Position numbers and translations under genes: made by a program
Assembly (NCBI GenBank): GCA_038231275.1
Contig: JBBRLQ010000039.1
Coordinates: 1 to 64,000 of the forward strand
Length of the DNA stretch: 64,000 nt
Direction of reading: 5' to 3'
Source of the DNA: Polyangiales bacterium
GTDB taxonomy: Bacteria > Myxococcota_A > Polyangia > Polyangiales > Polyangiaceae
Notes under the pieces: model-generated
The model's database searches: none
The model's input: only the letters and a program-made list of their open reading frames with translations
Told to the model about the DNA's origin: nothing
Shown here: positions 51,084 through 62,680 of the stretch, one piece after another
Layout: each line of letters opens with the position of its first letter
Numbering within the stretch: position 1 is the first letter of the stretch

Positions 51084-54000
51084 ATGTCGCTAAGCTCTCT
51101 CATCGTCCAACGCGGGATCGCGACGATCCGCGAGGTCGAAGAGGCGCTCGCCAGGCAGGTGCTGTACGGGGGCGACCTCGTCACCAACCTCTTCGAGGTC
51201 TCTCGGGTCGAAGAAGCCCTCGTGACGTCGCTCCTCGCGGAGTCCTTCGACATGATCGCGGCCACCGCGGGTGAGCTGCCTCCGCCGGCCGACGACACGA
51301 AGGCGCTCGTCCCGCTCGAGATCGCGTCGGCGCGCACGCTCTTGCCGCTCGGCAAGAAGGGGAACACGCTGCAGGTCGCCGTCGCGGAGCCGCTCGGCAA
51401 GGAGGCCGAGAAGGAGCTGACCTTCGCGCTCGGTCTGGTCATCGAGCAGCGCATCGCCCCGGGCTTCCGAATTCGCCAGGCGATCGCGCGCGAGTATGGC
51501 GCGCCGCTCGAGCGACGGGTGCAGCGGCTCCTCACGCGCATCGCCGGGAGCGACGCCCGGGGTGGAAGCTCGCTCCCTCCTCTCTTGCGTGACGCGTCGC
51601 GCGGCGAGTCACCGAAGCCCCGCAAGTATCCGACCGCCGCCGGGATGACCGCGGTCAAAGAGCCGACGATCTCCGAGAAGCCGCTACCGCCGCTGGAGCT
51701 GCCTCCGTCGTCTTCGTCTCCGCTGATCGTCGCGCCGCCGCCGTCCTCGTCACCGGCATCCTCTTCACCGGCATCCGCTCCGCCGGTATCCTCTGCACCC
51801 ACGTCGTCGGGTGCCGGCATCGTCTCGTCGACCGATCCCGCGCCTCCGCCGGTGACCGAGGGGTTCCCGCCGTCGTCTGCGCCGTCTGCGCCGCCGTCAC
51901 GACCCCCGGGTCTCGCGACGCTCACGCGCGAAGCTGCTGCACCAGCGCCGACGCGCGCGCGTCGTCGCCGCGGGCCGCTCTCGCCCGATACCGCGCGCGA
52001 GGAGCTCGACGAGGCCACCGATCGCGAGGCGATCCTGAGCCTCCTCTTCGATTTTGCGCGGCAATACTTCGATTACGCGGTCCTCTTTCTCGTCCACAGC
52101 GATCTCGCCGAGGGGCGCGACGCGTTCGGGGATGGGGCGGGGCGCGATCGGGTCGTCACGATCGGCGTGCCGCTCGACATGCCGAGCATCCTCTCTCGCG
52201 CGCGCGATCGCAACGTGCCGGTCGTCGGCGTGCCGGCGGCGGACGGGCTCGACGCGATGCTGATGGCAGACCTCTCGCGCAAGATCTCGGGGCCGGTGCT
52301 CGTGGTGCCGGTCGTCGTGCGGTCGCGCACCGTCGCGCTGCTCTTTGGCGACAGCGGCGCCGCAGGCGTCGATGAGCAGGCGCGGGGCGAGGTCGCCGCG
52401 TTCGCGATGGAGGTCGGGCAGGCCTTCGAAAAACTCATCGTCCGAAAGAAGCTCGGCGGCTTCAAAGCAGGCGCGAAGGGCGAGGCGCCGTCGTCGCGCG
52501 CCTCTGCCGGGCTGCCGATCCCGACCAAGAAGAAGACGGCGAAGTCGGAGGTGGTCGCGCCCTCCGCAGGGCCGCAGAGGATCGCGACGCTCCCCGCGGG
52601 ACCTCCGCCGACGGTGCTCTCGCCGCGCGCGCAGAGCATGCCTCCGCCGAGCTCCGCCGAGCCCGCGCTCATCGAAGCGCCGGTGCTCATGTCGGGTGAT
52701 GCGTCCGCCGAGCCCGCCGATTCGCCGCCACCGTCGAACCTCTTCCAGGTCCGCAAGCCCTCGGGAAAGCCAATCCCTCGCGAGGAGCCGGCGCCCGAGG
52801 AGCACACGCAGCCGAGCATGGTCCTGAGCTCGGCGGTCCCCACCACCGTCGACGTGCGCGGAGAAAAGCAGCGCCGCGAGGGGCGCGCCGATTCCGAGGA
52901 CGCGCCGAGCCCGCTGCTGGAGGCGGCGCGCGCGGCGGAGGCGGTGGTGTTCTCGCACGCGACGATCGCGCAGGCTGCGGTCGCCGGCGCGATGGAAGAG
53001 GCGCGCAAGCAGGAGCGCGAAGAGGCAGGCGACGCCGCGGGCGACACCGACGAAGAAGATGACATCGACGCGCTCTTGGGCGGAGGCTCGTTCCCCGAGC
53101 CGACAGAGCAGGACACCATCGTCCTCGAGGTCGAAGCGCCGTCGCACGTGAGCTCGTCGCAGCCCGGTCCGGAGTCGTCGGCGATCAGCGTGCCGGCGCG
53201 TCGTCCTCCGTCCGCGCGCACCGAGCCCGAGAAGGAGCTGCCGAGCATCATCGTCGACGTCGGCGCCGAGCTGTCGGAGCTGGTCGATCGAATGCTCGCG
53301 CCGGGCGGCGACGAGACGGCAGAAGCCGAGCTGCTTCGCCAAGGCCAGACCGCGATGCCGGCGATCATGTCGCGCTTCCCGGGGCCCATCACCGTCGATC
53401 CCGATCGCCTCGCGCTCGTGACGAAGGGGCCGCCGCTGAAAGAGTTGCCGGTCCGCGTCGTCGAGTGCGGTCCGCTGCTTCGGCTCATCGCGGGCCAGCG
53501 CCGCGTCGCGCTCCCCTTCGTCCTACGCGCGACCGGCGAAGACGACGCCGAGCACCGCTTCTGGGCGACGTTCCTCCTGACCGAGCTGGTCTACCCGGAG
53601 AGCGCCGAGCGCCTCGTGCCGCGCCTCTTCGACGAAGAGACGCGCACGCGCAAGGTCGCACGACTCGCCGCCCGCGCGCTCGCCGAAGCGGCGCCGATGT
53701 CGATCGTCGAGCAGCTGGGCGACATCGCGCTCGCGACCCTCCAGCCCTCGGCCAAGCGCGTCTCCACCGTCGACATCCTCGGTGAGATGCGCGAGTCGGT
53801 CGCGGTGCCGCTGCTGGTCAGCTTGCTGCAGGACGGCGACGAGCTCGTGGGCCAGTCCGCACACCTCGCGCTCGTCACGGTCACCCGTCAGGACTACGGC
53901 ACCGACGCGCGCCGGTGGCTCACGTGGTGGAGCGGCCACGGTCAGCGCCACCGCATCGAGTGGCTCATCGACGCGCTCATGCACGAAGAAGCACGCCTCC

Positions 54001-54149
54001 GCCACGCGGCGGGCGAAGAGCTGAAGACGATCACGAAGGAGTACTTCGGCTACTACGACGATCTCCCGAAACGCGAGCGCGAGCGGGCCCAGCAGCGGTA
54101 CCGCGATTGGTGGTCCACCGAAGGCCGCCAGCGATTCCGTCGTACCTGA
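51084..54149 (+). CDS. FrgA-like protein: GspE-N-like domain, GAF-like region, C-terminal HEAT repeats
   Basis: 'LSSLIVQRG...EEALARQVLYGGDLVTNL', Pro/Ser linkers, HEAT-like C-terminus 'HRIEWLIDAL'. Confidence 0.6.
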   Translation: MSLSSLIVQRGIATIREVEEALARQVLYGGDLVTNLFEVSRVEEALVTSLLAESFDMIAATAGELPPPADDTKALVPLEIASARTLLPLGKKGNTLQVAVAEPLGKEAEKELTFALGLVIEQRIAPGFRIRQAIAREYGAPLERRVQRLLTRIAGSDARGGSSLPPLLRDASRGESPKPRKYPTAAGMTAVKEPTISEKPLPPLELPPSSSSPLIVAPPPSSSPASSSPASAPPVSSAPTSSGAGIVSSTDPAPPPVTEGFPPSSAPSAPPSRPPGLATLTREAAAPAPTRARRRRGPLSPDTAREELDEATDREAILSLLFDFARQYFDYAVLFLVHSDLAEGRDAFGDGAGRDRVVTIGVPLDMPSILSRARDRNVPVVGVPAADGLDAMLMADLSRKISGPVLVVPVVVRSRTVALLFGDSGAAGVDEQARGEVAAFAMEVGQAFEKLIVRKKLGGFKAGAKGEAPSSRASAGLPIPTKKKTAKSEVVAPSAGPQRIATLPAGPPPTVLSPRAQSMPPPSSAEPALIEAPVLMSGDASAEPADSPPPSNLFQVRKPSGKPIPREEPAPEEHTQPSMVLSSAVPTTVDVRGEKQRREGRADSEDAPSPLLEAARAAEAVVFSHATIAQAAVAGAMEEARKQEREEAGDAAGDTDEEDDIDALLGGGSFPEPTEQDTIVLEVEAPSHVSSSQPGPESSAISVPARRPPSARTEPEKELPSIIVDVGAELSELVDRMLAPGGDETAEAELLRQGQTAMPAIMSRFPGPITVDPDRLALVTKGPPLKELPVRVVECGPLLRLIAGQRRVALPFVLRATGEDDAEHRFWATFLLTELVYPESAERLVPRLFDEETRTRKVARLAARALAEAAPMSIVEQLGDIALATLQPSAKRVSTVDILGEMRESVAVPLLVSLLQDGDELVGQSAHLALVTVTRQDYGTDARRWLTWWSGHGQRHRIEWLIDALMHEEARLRHAAGEELKTITKEYFGYYDDLPKRERERAQQRYRDWWSTEGRQRFRRT

Positions 54150-54417
54150 AATAGCTGTCCAGATTTCAAGCAGTTACGCGGGAAGAAAATCGCGTGATCG
54201 CTCGTATGTACCCGCGCACACTCTAGAGGCGAGGCTGCTGCATCGAAGCCTCGGCTCCGCCGTCCAAGTTACGACTCTGCAGTTTGCCCCTCGCTTCGGG
54301 TGTGTCAGACATACGCCCACATCTGCAGGCCCCGCGTCTTCCTCCTCTGCTTCTTCGACTCTCCGGGCGCAACCCGCGTCCCTCTTCCACCATCCGACTT
54401 TCTGAGGCCCCCCCGAC

Positions 54418-55074
54418 ATGGTCCGTTCGTTCCGCTGGCTCCGCGCTCTGGCCCCGCTCGCGTTCGTGGCTTCCATGGCCGTGCTTCCGGGAACCGCCCG
54501 CGCCGACGGCGTGGATGCCGAAGCGCAGCGCCTGAGCCAGCTCGGCCACTCGACGAAGACCACGCTCGTCCCCGCCGGCAAGAGCGACAAGTACGGCCAC
54601 GCCGAGGTGCTCATCAACGCGCCGCTCGCGAAGGTTCGCCAGCAGGTCACGGACTTTGCGCACTACAAGGATTTCGCGCCGGACAAGTTCAAGAACGCGC
54701 GCGTCGTCGACAAGAACCGCGAGCAGGGCACGACGGATCTCTACTTCGCGATCGAGGCGATGCACGGCCTCGTCAAGCTCACCAACACGCTGAGCTTCGG
54801 CGCGCCGAAGGTCGTTGGCAACACCGAGATCGTCGAGGGGCGCTTCGTGAGCGGCTCGAACGTGAAGGACGCGAACATCGTCCTCACGATGCGCGAGGTC
54901 TCGCCCGATTTCACGGTGCTCAAGATCGATTTGCTCATGATCCCGACGATCCCGGCCCCGCAGGCCGCCGTCGACGAAGAGCTGCGTGACTCGGCGCTGA
55001 AGGCGGTCGACGCGATCCACGATCGCGCGCAGGGCCACGCCCGCACGGTTCCGCTCGTCACCGCGAGCAACTGA
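54418..55074 (+). CDS. Exported SRPBCC/START-like protein
   Basis: Signal peptide; 'AEVLINAPLAKVRQQVTDFAHYKDFAP'. Confidence 0.65.
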   Translation: MVRSFRWLRALAPLAFVASMAVLPGTARADGVDAEAQRLSQLGHSTKTTLVPAGKSDKYGHAEVLINAPLAKVRQQVTDFAHYKDFAPDKFKNARVVDKNREQGTTDLYFAIEAMHGLVKLTNTLSFGAPKVVGNTEIVEGRFVSGSNVKDANIVLTMREVSPDFTVLKIDLLMIPTIPAPQAAVDEELRDSALKAVDAIHDRAQGHARTVPLVTASN

Positions 55075-55143
55075 CGTCCTCAGGCGGGTCGCATCCGTCG
55101 TTTTGCCGTTCCGTCCAAACGACTCCTGCTCTAAAGCGCAGGA

Positions 55144-55575
55144 ATGCGGTTCATCGTGGGGACGGACGAGGCGCGCTCGGTCGTCGAGTATGTCGCGGCG
55201 CATTTGCAGGCGCAGGGGCATTTCGTCGCGGTGCTCCCTTTAGCCCCATGGGGTGAGGTGGCGCTCTCCGTCGCGCGCGCGGTCGCAGAGAAACGCGCCG
55301 ATCACGGCGTCGTGTGCTGCTGGACCGGTACCGGCGCGTCGATCGCCGCGAACAAGGTAAAAGGCGTGCGTGCGGCGTTGTCGGTCGACGCGCAGACGGC
55401 CGCCGGCGCGCGCCAGTGGAACGACGCCAACGTGCTCGCACTTTCGCTGCGCCTCCTTTCCGAGCCGCTCGCGAAGGAGATCATCGACGCGTGGCTTGCG
55501 ACGCCGTACGGTGGCACCGAAGACGAGAGCCTCGGCTTGCTTCGCGCGGAGGAATCCCGCGAGTCCGACGTGTAG
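55144..55575 (+). CDS. rpiB: RpiB/LacA/LacB family sugar-phosphate isomerase
   Basis: 'CWTGTGASIAANKVKGVRAA', 'WNDANVL'. Confidence 0.88.
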   Translation: MRFIVGTDEARSVVEYVAAHLQAQGHFVAVLPLAPWGEVALSVARAVAEKRADHGVVCCWTGTGASIAANKVKGVRAALSVDAQTAAGARQWNDANVLALSLRLLSEPLAKEIIDAWLATPYGGTEDESLGLLRAEESRESDV

Positions 55576-55698
55576 GTCTCGTCCGCGTAACCCGTACGGA
55601 TGACATGCACTTCTGAAGGATCCCCGCGGGTCTACGTCTACCTAGCGCGCCCAAAACGGGTTCGCTTTTCCCACGCTGCCGATCGGAGAACATTAGAA

Positions 55699-56712
55699 AT
55701 GAAGCTTCACGCCATCACGATCCTCCCGCTTCTTGCCCTCGGTGCCGCGGCGTTCAGCCAGGCGTGCACCGTCACCTCCACGAACGGCGGGACCGACGCC
55801 GGCACCAGCAGCGGGAGCAGCGGATCCAGCGGTTCGAGCGGTTCGAGCGGATCGAGTGGCTCGAGCGGCAGCAGCGGTTCTAGCGGCAGCAGCGGCAGCA
55901 GCGGCAGCAGCGGCTCCAGCGGCGCCGTCGACGGCGGCGCGTGCGGGTTCGGCGAGCCCAACGACACCCGCGATACCGCCACCGCCATCACGCTCGGCAC
56001 CGGATACGGGGGTTGCCTCTCCGACGCGGACAAGGACTTCTATTCGTTCACCGCGCCGGCCGATGCCGAGGGCGGGTACGTCGTCGCCGACATCACGAAC
56101 GTGACCGGCTACGTCACCGGTCGCTTCATGACGACCACGGACAACGCCGAGGTCTACGCCGACCAGCCTGCGAACGCCGGCGCGTCGCTCAAACTCTACA
56201 TCGCGGTCTCGTCCGGCGTGAAATACAACTTCGAGGTCGAGCACTACGTCGGCAACGACGCCTTCTCGTACTCGATGAAGCTCACCTACACGAAGAACGT
56301 CGACCCGTCGGCCGCCGCGAAGTCGAAGGCCACCGCCGCGCAGCTCACGCTCGGCACCGCGTCGCCCGGCGTCTTCAGCGCCGGCTACAAGACCGCGGCC
56401 ATCGCGCCGGCCGACTACGATCGCTACTTCAAGATCGATCTGGCGGCGGGTCCCGCGACGGTCAAGCTCTTGAACGTCCCGGCCGACGTGTGGGGCCAGT
56501 TCAAGGTGATCGACGCGTCGAACGTCGAGGTCACGACGGCGACCGCGGCAAACGTGGGCGCGAGCATCCCGTCGCAGGCCGTGAGCATCCCCACCGCGGG
56601 CACGTACTACATCGTTCCGGGCCTCTACGTCGGCGCGCCGAAGGCGGCCGGCCAGGGCGCGATCCCGGAGAGCTTCACCAAGCAGTACACGGTCACCGTC
56701 ACGCAGCCGTAA
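55699..56712 (+). CDS. Lipoprotein with (SSG)13 linker and PPC-like beta domains
   Basis: SQA-C lipobox; 'EPNDT..TA', 'DKDFYSF', 'DYDRYFK'. Confidence 0.75.
   Translation: MKLHAITILPLLALGAAAFSQACTVTSTNGGTDAGTSSGSSGSSGSSGSSGSSGSSGSSGSSGSSGSSGSSGSSGAVDGGACGFGEPNDTRDTATAITLGTGYGGCLSDADKDFYSFTAPADAEGGYVVADITNVTGYVTGRFMTTTDNAEVYADQPANAGASLKLYIAVSSGVKYNFEVEHYVGNDAFSYSMKLTYTKNVDPSAAAKSKATAAQLTLGTASPGVFSAGYKTAAIAPADYDRYFKIDLAAGPATVKLLNVPADVWGQFKVIDASNVEVTTATAANVGASIPSQAVSIPTAGTYYIVPGLYVGAPKAAGQGAIPESFTKQYTVTVTQP
55807..55923 (+). repeat. 13x Ser-Ser-Gly coding repeat
   Basis: Imperfect 9-bp units with synonymous variation. Confidence 0.9.
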
Positions 56713-56722
56713 GGCGCAGCGG

Positions 56723-57997
56723 TCAGTCGCCCCCCGGCGTCGTGAGGCGCGCGCGCCAGTCGCCGGGGAGATCGAGGAAGCCGTCGTTGTAGAGGTGGTC
56801 GTGCACCGCGTCGCACACGAGCTCGCAGACGTCGGTGAAGATCTGCGGATCGGCGACGAAGCGGATCGTCTCCTGGCGGAACGGCGTCGGGCTCATCCGC
56901 GCGCGATCGAGCAGCTCGTCGGCCGCCGACGCGACGAGGCGCTGAAGAAACCCGCGCTCGAACGCCGTGCGAAACGCGGGGAACGCGTCGGCGGTCACCT
57001 TGTAGCCGGCGCCTACCGTGCTCTTCTCGGCGAGGCGCGCCTCTTTCACGACCTCCCACGCGAGCTCGCCGACCGCGGCCGGCAGCTCCTTCTCGAGGAA
57101 CGTGCGGAGCAGCTCGTTCAGCACCTTGAGGAGCGCGTTCAGCTCCGGCGTCGTCTTGGCGAGGAACGCGTTGCGCACGTCGCGCACGAAGTCTTGGAGC
57201 TTGTCCCGCGCGCGACCCTGCGCGTCTTCGCCGACGTACTCGAAGGAGTCGAGCTCCTTCAGCATCGTCGCCTCGTGCCGTGAGAGGACGAGGTAGAGCG
57301 CTTGCTCGCTGAAGCGCATCTTCTTCATCTCGGTCTTGGAGCCGCGCAGCTTGTCGTGCAGCTCGCTCTCGAAGAAGAGGCGCGCGAAGCGCTTGCCGAC
57401 CTCACCGAGCCGCCGCTCGAGCACGCTTCCGAGCTTGTTGGGCCGGAAGAGGCGCTGGAGGTGCTCTTTCAAGCTTTGAATCAGCTCGATCTCGACGTCT
57501 TTGCGATCGACCTCCGCGCGCGGCGGCTGTGAGCCCTTCTTGATGCCCTGCATCGCGCGCAAATCGGCGATGACGCCGTCGGTGATCGCGTCGAGCTCGG
57601 AGTTCGTCGCGAGCTCGGCTTTGTAGATGACGACCTTGGCCTCGAGCTGCTCATCACGCAGCGCGAGCGCGACGTCCGCGAGGTTCATCTTCGCGTGCGT
57701 CGTCATGAACCCTTCGGGTGAAGGAGTCGCCATCGCCGCCGCCGCCATCGCCGTCGACGTGCGCGCGGCCCCCTTTTGCGCAGGCGTCTGCGCGTGCGCG
57801 TGCGGAGGCGGAGGCGGCGCGTGCGGAACCGGCGGAAGCGGAACGTACGCGTGCGGCGGCGAAGGCAGCGGCGCGCGAAGAGGAGGCGGCAGCACGCGCG
57901 GGTTCGTCGGCGCAGCCGCGTTCGGCGCGCTTCCCGGAGGAAGAGGAGGCGGACCCCTGTGCCCAGGCGGCGGAGGCGGCGGCTTCCACTCGGTCAT
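56723..57997 (-). CDS. Hypothetical protein, Pro-rich N-terminus, helical core
   Basis: 424-aa ORF with host-like codon usage; start uncertain. Confidence 0.7.
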   Translation of the reverse strand: MTEWKPPPPPPGHRGPPPLPPGSAPNAAAPTNPRVLPPPLRAPLPSPPHAYVPLPPVPHAPPPPPHAHAQTPAQKGAARTSTAMAAAAMATPSPEGFMTTHAKMNLADVALALRDEQLEAKVVIYKAELATNSELDAITDGVIADLRAMQGIKKGSQPPRAEVDRKDVEIELIQSLKEHLQRLFRPNKLGSVLERRLGEVGKRFARLFFESELHDKLRGSKTEMKKMRFSEQALYLVLSRHEATMLKELDSFEYVGEDAQGRARDKLQDFVRDVRNAFLAKTTPELNALLKVLNELLRTFLEKELPAAVGELAWEVVKEARLAEKSTVGAGYKVTADAFPAFRTAFERGFLQRLVASAADELLDRARMSPTPFRQETIRFVADPQIFTDVCELVCDAVHDHLYNDGFLDLPGDWRARLTTPGGD

Positions 57998-58151
57998 CGC
58001 CCCCCATCATGCGGCCGAGGGGCCCGCGCGTTCAATCGGCTTGCTAAGGAGAAGGTGCGGAGAGGGGACCGGCTCAGGTCCCTAGAAGGACCAGCCCCCC
58101 CGGGAATGCGCGGATTGTCAGAGGAATCGGGCCGGCCGATGCCGGATGCGC

Positions 58152-58179
58152 TTGACTTGGAAGCCGCCCGGAGTATGGT
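58152..58179 (+). promoter_or_regulatory. Stable-RNA-type promoter of the tRNA
   Basis: TTGACT, N16, TATGGT, followed by GC-rich discriminator CGCCGCC. Confidence 0.65.
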
Positions 58180-58222
58180 CGCCGCCGTTGTAAACGATGG
58201 TGCCTCGCGAGAGGTGCCGTGG

Positions 58223-59587
<1,365 letters not shown>

Positions 59588-59658
59588 GTTCGATCCTATG
59601 CAGAAGAGGTTCGGACCATGCCCCCGGAGCGTTGGTGCGCTCGCGGGGGCGATTCGTT

Positions 59659-60168
59659 TCAGCGAAAGCCGATCGCCGGCTTCTTCTTCGCGGGTGGCGT
59701 CATCAAGTCGCGGATGGCATCGAACACCACCTTGAACTGCGCATCGTAATTGCGCTCGAGCGCGGCGAGCTTGCGGGCGAGGTCCACATGGGTCGCGAGC
59801 ATCGCGCGGAGGCGCACGAACGCGCGCATGATCTCGACGTTCACCGCCACGGCGCGCGGGCTGTGGAGCACGCCCGACAGCATCGCCACGCCCTGTTCCG
59901 TGAACACGTACGGGGCGTAGCGGCGCCCGCCGCGGCCGGTGTTTGAGGTACCAGTTTGGCGCCTCAAAGCGGCGTGCTCCTCCGCGGTCAGCCGGAACAT
60001 GAAGTCCTCCGGGAACCGCGCCAGGTTGCGGCGCACGGCGCGCGTCAGCGCCTTGGTCTCGACCCCGTAGAGCTCCGCCAGGTCCGCGTCGAGCATGACC
60101 CGCTCCCCGCGGATGGCGAGGATCTTCCGCTCGACCGTCAGCGGTGCGAGGGACGCGGCGCGCGTCAC
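59659..60168 (-). CDS. ORF6N domain DNA-binding protein
   Basis: '[19 protein letters not shown]', 'RFPEDFMF', '[13 protein letters not shown]', 'IMRAFV', C-terminal 'IGF'. Confidence 0.92.
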   Translation of the reverse strand: MTRAASLAPLTVERKILAIRGERVMLDADLAELYGVETKALTRAVRRNLARFPEDFMFRLTAEEHAALRRQTGTSNTGRGGRRYAPYVFTEQGVAMLSGVLHSPRAVAVNVEIMRAFVRLRAMLATHVDLARKLAALERNYDAQFKVVFDAIRDLMTPPAKKKPAIGFR

Positions 60169-60374
60169 GGGCGCCTCCGCGGCTTCTCTCCAAGGAGCAC
60201 GCCCGGCTGCGCTTCGATGATGTCGAGCCCCACGAGGAGCGCGGCGCGCGCGATGGCGCTCACGGACAGGTGAACGGCCAACCCTTCCAGGCGGTCGTAA
60301 TCCTTCGGCGCGAGCCTCACGCCGATCTGCCGGTCGAGTCCCGCTTCGTCACGGGGCTTCTTCTTCGTCGCCAT
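60165..60374 (-). CDS. Small ribbon-helix-helix-like regulator
   Basis: 69 aa '[30 protein letters not shown]'; stop overlaps the ORF6N start (GTGA). Confidence 0.55.
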   Translation of the reverse strand: MATKKKPRDEAGLDRQIGVRLAPKDYDRLEGLAVHLSVSAIARAALLVGLDIIEAQPGVLLGEKPRRRP

Positions 60375-60528
60375 GTCTTCCACGCTCTCGCTCCTTTCCT
60401 TCCGCGTCCAGGGCCATCGCCAGACGCGCCCGCGGTCCCGCCCGAGCGAGCGCCGGAAAACGTGCCACGAGGGCGTCAAGAGCCGCGAGGGCGCGCCGCA
60501 CACGCCCGATGTCGACGATCCGCGTCAC
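60349..60528 (-). CDS. Small hypothetical protein
   Basis: GTG overlaps the recombinase stop (GTGA); 59 aa. Confidence 0.4.
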   Translation of the reverse strand: MTRIVDIGRVRRALAALDALVARFPALARAGPRARLAMALDAEGKERERGRHGDEEEAP

Positions 60529-61229
60529 GCCCGCGCCCCGGCGAGCATCCGCGCCGCTTGCGTTTGCCCGAACGCTCCGCCCGACCGGGACACGAGGCCA
60601 CGAGCGGCGAGCGCCGCGACGATCGATCGGTGCGACATGCCCACCGCGCGGAGCTCTCGGACGACCGCGAGCACGCCTTGCTCCGCGTCGTCCGCCTCGA
60701 GACGCGCGCCGTCCGCGGCGAGGCGGTAGCCGTAGGGCACCGTCCCCGCACGCTCGCCACGCGCCTTCTTCGCGCCGAGCGCCGCCTTCGTGCGGGCGCG
60801 GATGAGGGCGCGTTCGTACGCCGCCGCCGCGTCGAGGATCGAACGCATGAACGCGTCCGCCGGGGTGTCGCCGTTTGCGGTCCCGTCCGCACACGCTACC
60901 CGAGCGCCGCTTTGCTCCGCCGCGCGCTCGATCGCGCCGGCCACGTACACGTCGCGCGCCAGGCGGTCCCGCTTCGCGACCACGAGCACGCCAGCGCCCA
61001 CGACGCGGAGCTCGCCCAGTGCCGCCACAAGCGCCGGACGCTCCGCGATGTCCGCTCCGCCGCTCACGCCCTTGTCCACGTGCCACGACGTCACCTGGAC
61101 GCCCTGGCGGGTCGCCCACGTCTCGATCGCAGCGCGCTGCGCCTCGGGGCCCAAGGTCTGCTCCTCGGTGCTGACGCGGATGTAGGCCACGGCGACGGAC
61201 AGGCTACCGGTGCGGGCGCGCTTGCTCAT
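60525..61229 (-). CDS. Serine recombinase (resolvase family with short C-terminal recombinase-like domain)
   Basis: 'YIRVSTEEQ' catalytic Ser, 'DKGVSG', 'RDRLAR', 'ERALIRART', 'PYGY'. Confidence 0.92.
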   Translation of the reverse strand: MSKRARTGSLSVAVAYIRVSTEEQTLGPEAQRAAIETWATRQGVQVTSWHVDKGVSGGADIAERPALVAALGELRVVGAGVLVVAKRDRLARDVYVAGAIERAAEQSGARVACADGTANGDTPADAFMRSILDAAAAYERALIRARTKAALGAKKARGERAGTVPYGYRLAADGARLEADDAEQGVLAVVRELRAVGMSHRSIVAALAARGLVSRSGGAFGQTQAARMLAGARA

Positions 61230-61432
61230 GAAGGTATCATTGGTATCAATCGTACCTATGTCAACGGTCGGCGAACACGCACCGACCGGTTCGTGTTCAG
61301 ATCGCGTCATGACGCATGTCGTCACGAGGTCTATGGGGCACCCCGCGGTACAAATTTCCCCCACGCCGCGCGCTTCCAAGACGTCCAGCAAGAGCAGGAG
61401 CGGCTAGGGCTTCGCCCTGGCCGGCGAGAACC

Positions 61433-62092
61433 TCAGCGACACGCCTGGACCTGGCCTTGGGCGACTCCCTCGCATTGGTTGCCCCGTGGGAAGCAGGCTT
61501 GTAGAAAAGAGCCCTGCACACCGCAGGGCGGCGCCACGCTGCTTTCCCAGCCCGCTGACGCGGGGCACGAGTTGCAAGACGCCCCCGCGACGGGCCATTC
61601 GACATCCTCTTTGCCGTCGCAGTTGAAGTCGAACGGGAGCGTGGACGTTGAGCCGGTGACGGGCGTGGGTTGAAAGTCGCCCCCCGGGTGGGCACGCGCG
61701 TCGCCGTCGGCGCAGTCGCCGCTGGAGCCGACGAAGCCCATCGGCGCGGTGCACGCCGTGACGACAGGGCCGAGCTCGTCGCCGTACCCGTCGCCATCAG
61801 CGTCTCGGAAGAACGTCCCGACCACGTCGCAGTCAAGGACCGGGGCCGCGTCCACACTGCCCGCGGCGCACGGACAATCGCCCCATGCGGAGCCGTCGTC
61901 CAAACAGCGTTGCGACCGCGCGCCGCCGCCCAGACAGGTGCATTGGCGGTACTCAGCGAAATGGCAGACCCCGACGCCCTGACCGTCGCGATCTGCGCCC
62001 GCGTCCGGTGCGATCGTAGGCTTCGAGGCGCCGCAGCCCATCGAGCCCAGGAGAATGACCGAGCCGCACTGGGCGAGCCCCCACGAGCGCAT
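61433..62092 (-). CDS. Cys-rich lipoprotein with putative metal-binding (MopE-related) repeat
   Basis: SMG-C lipobox; 'DADGDGYG', 'GDCADGDARAHPG', 'DFNCDG'. Confidence 0.7.
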   Translation of the reverse strand: MRSWGLAQCGSVILLGSMGCGASKPTIAPDAGADRDGQGVGVCHFAEYRQCTCLGGGARSQRCLDDGSAWGDCPCAAGSVDAAPVLDCDVVGTFFRDADGDGYGDELGPVVTACTAPMGFVGSSGDCADGDARAHPGGDFQPTPVTGSTSTLPFDFNCDGKEDVEWPVAGASCNSCPASAGWESSVAPPCGVQGSFLQACFPRGNQCEGVAQGQVQACR

Positions 62093-62111
62093 CGCTCGGA
62101 GTCTACCATGC

Positions 62112-62564
62112 TCATGTCTTGCACTCGTGCTGCCGTCGCGCGATCTCCGCTACGACGTCATCGCGGAGCTCGACGAGCTCGGCGTCGGTGAGCTCGTCGT
62201 CGGCCGACGAACGGTCGCGCTCGGCCTGCGCCTCGTGGACGCGCACGACGATCTCCGCGATCCGTGCTTGTTCGCGCAAGGCGGCCACCGCGGCGCCGTA
62301 CTCCTCGGCGCTCTCGGCGAGACCCGCGACGCGGCGAGCGTCCACGAGGATGCGCTTCAGCGTGTCCACGAGGCTTTCGGGCGCGTCGGTCATAATGGGC
62401 TGCGCGATGGGCACGAGGTCCGCCATGTGGCCGCGATGCCGGGCGACCGAGCTTCGGCTCAGCCCGAACCGCTGCGCGGTGTCCCGGATCGAGGCACCTC
62501 GCGCTAGAAACTCGTCTATCTGCTGACGTTTCGGACTGAGGCAAGCGAGACAACGGGCGCTCAC
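62112..62564 (-). CDS. CxxC + HTH DNA-binding protein
   Basis: GGAGG RBS, GTG 62564; 'CLAC...GASIRDTAQRFGLSRSSVARHR.H'. Confidence 0.7.
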   Translation of the reverse strand: MSARCLACLSPKRQQIDEFLARGASIRDTAQRFGLSRSSVARHRGHMADLVPIAQPIMTDAPESLVDTLKRILVDARRVAGLAESAEEYGAAVAALREQARIAEIVVRVHEAQAERDRSSADDELTDAELVELRDDVVAEIARRQHECKT

Positions 62565-62680
62565 GGTAACCACCTCCCAACAAACGGTCCCGATCGCCTC
62601 CCCGTTGGCCACCGGCTGACTCACGCTACCGTCTTGCCGTCCCTCCAGGCATTCACGCCGCGCGGCGCGGGTGTGCGGGC

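Noticed and set aside
54150..54417. Possible ncRNA in an intergenic region with small hairpins
   Set aside because: No recognisable family motif; hairpins are expected at this GC content
55807..55923. SSG repeat as a contingency locus
   Set aside because: In-frame, synonymously diverged linker common in myxobacterial lipoproteins
59588..60193. N-terminal extension of the integrase in the ORF track (645 aa)
   Set aside because: It overlaps the ORF6N gene in another frame; ATG 59587 is the more plausible start
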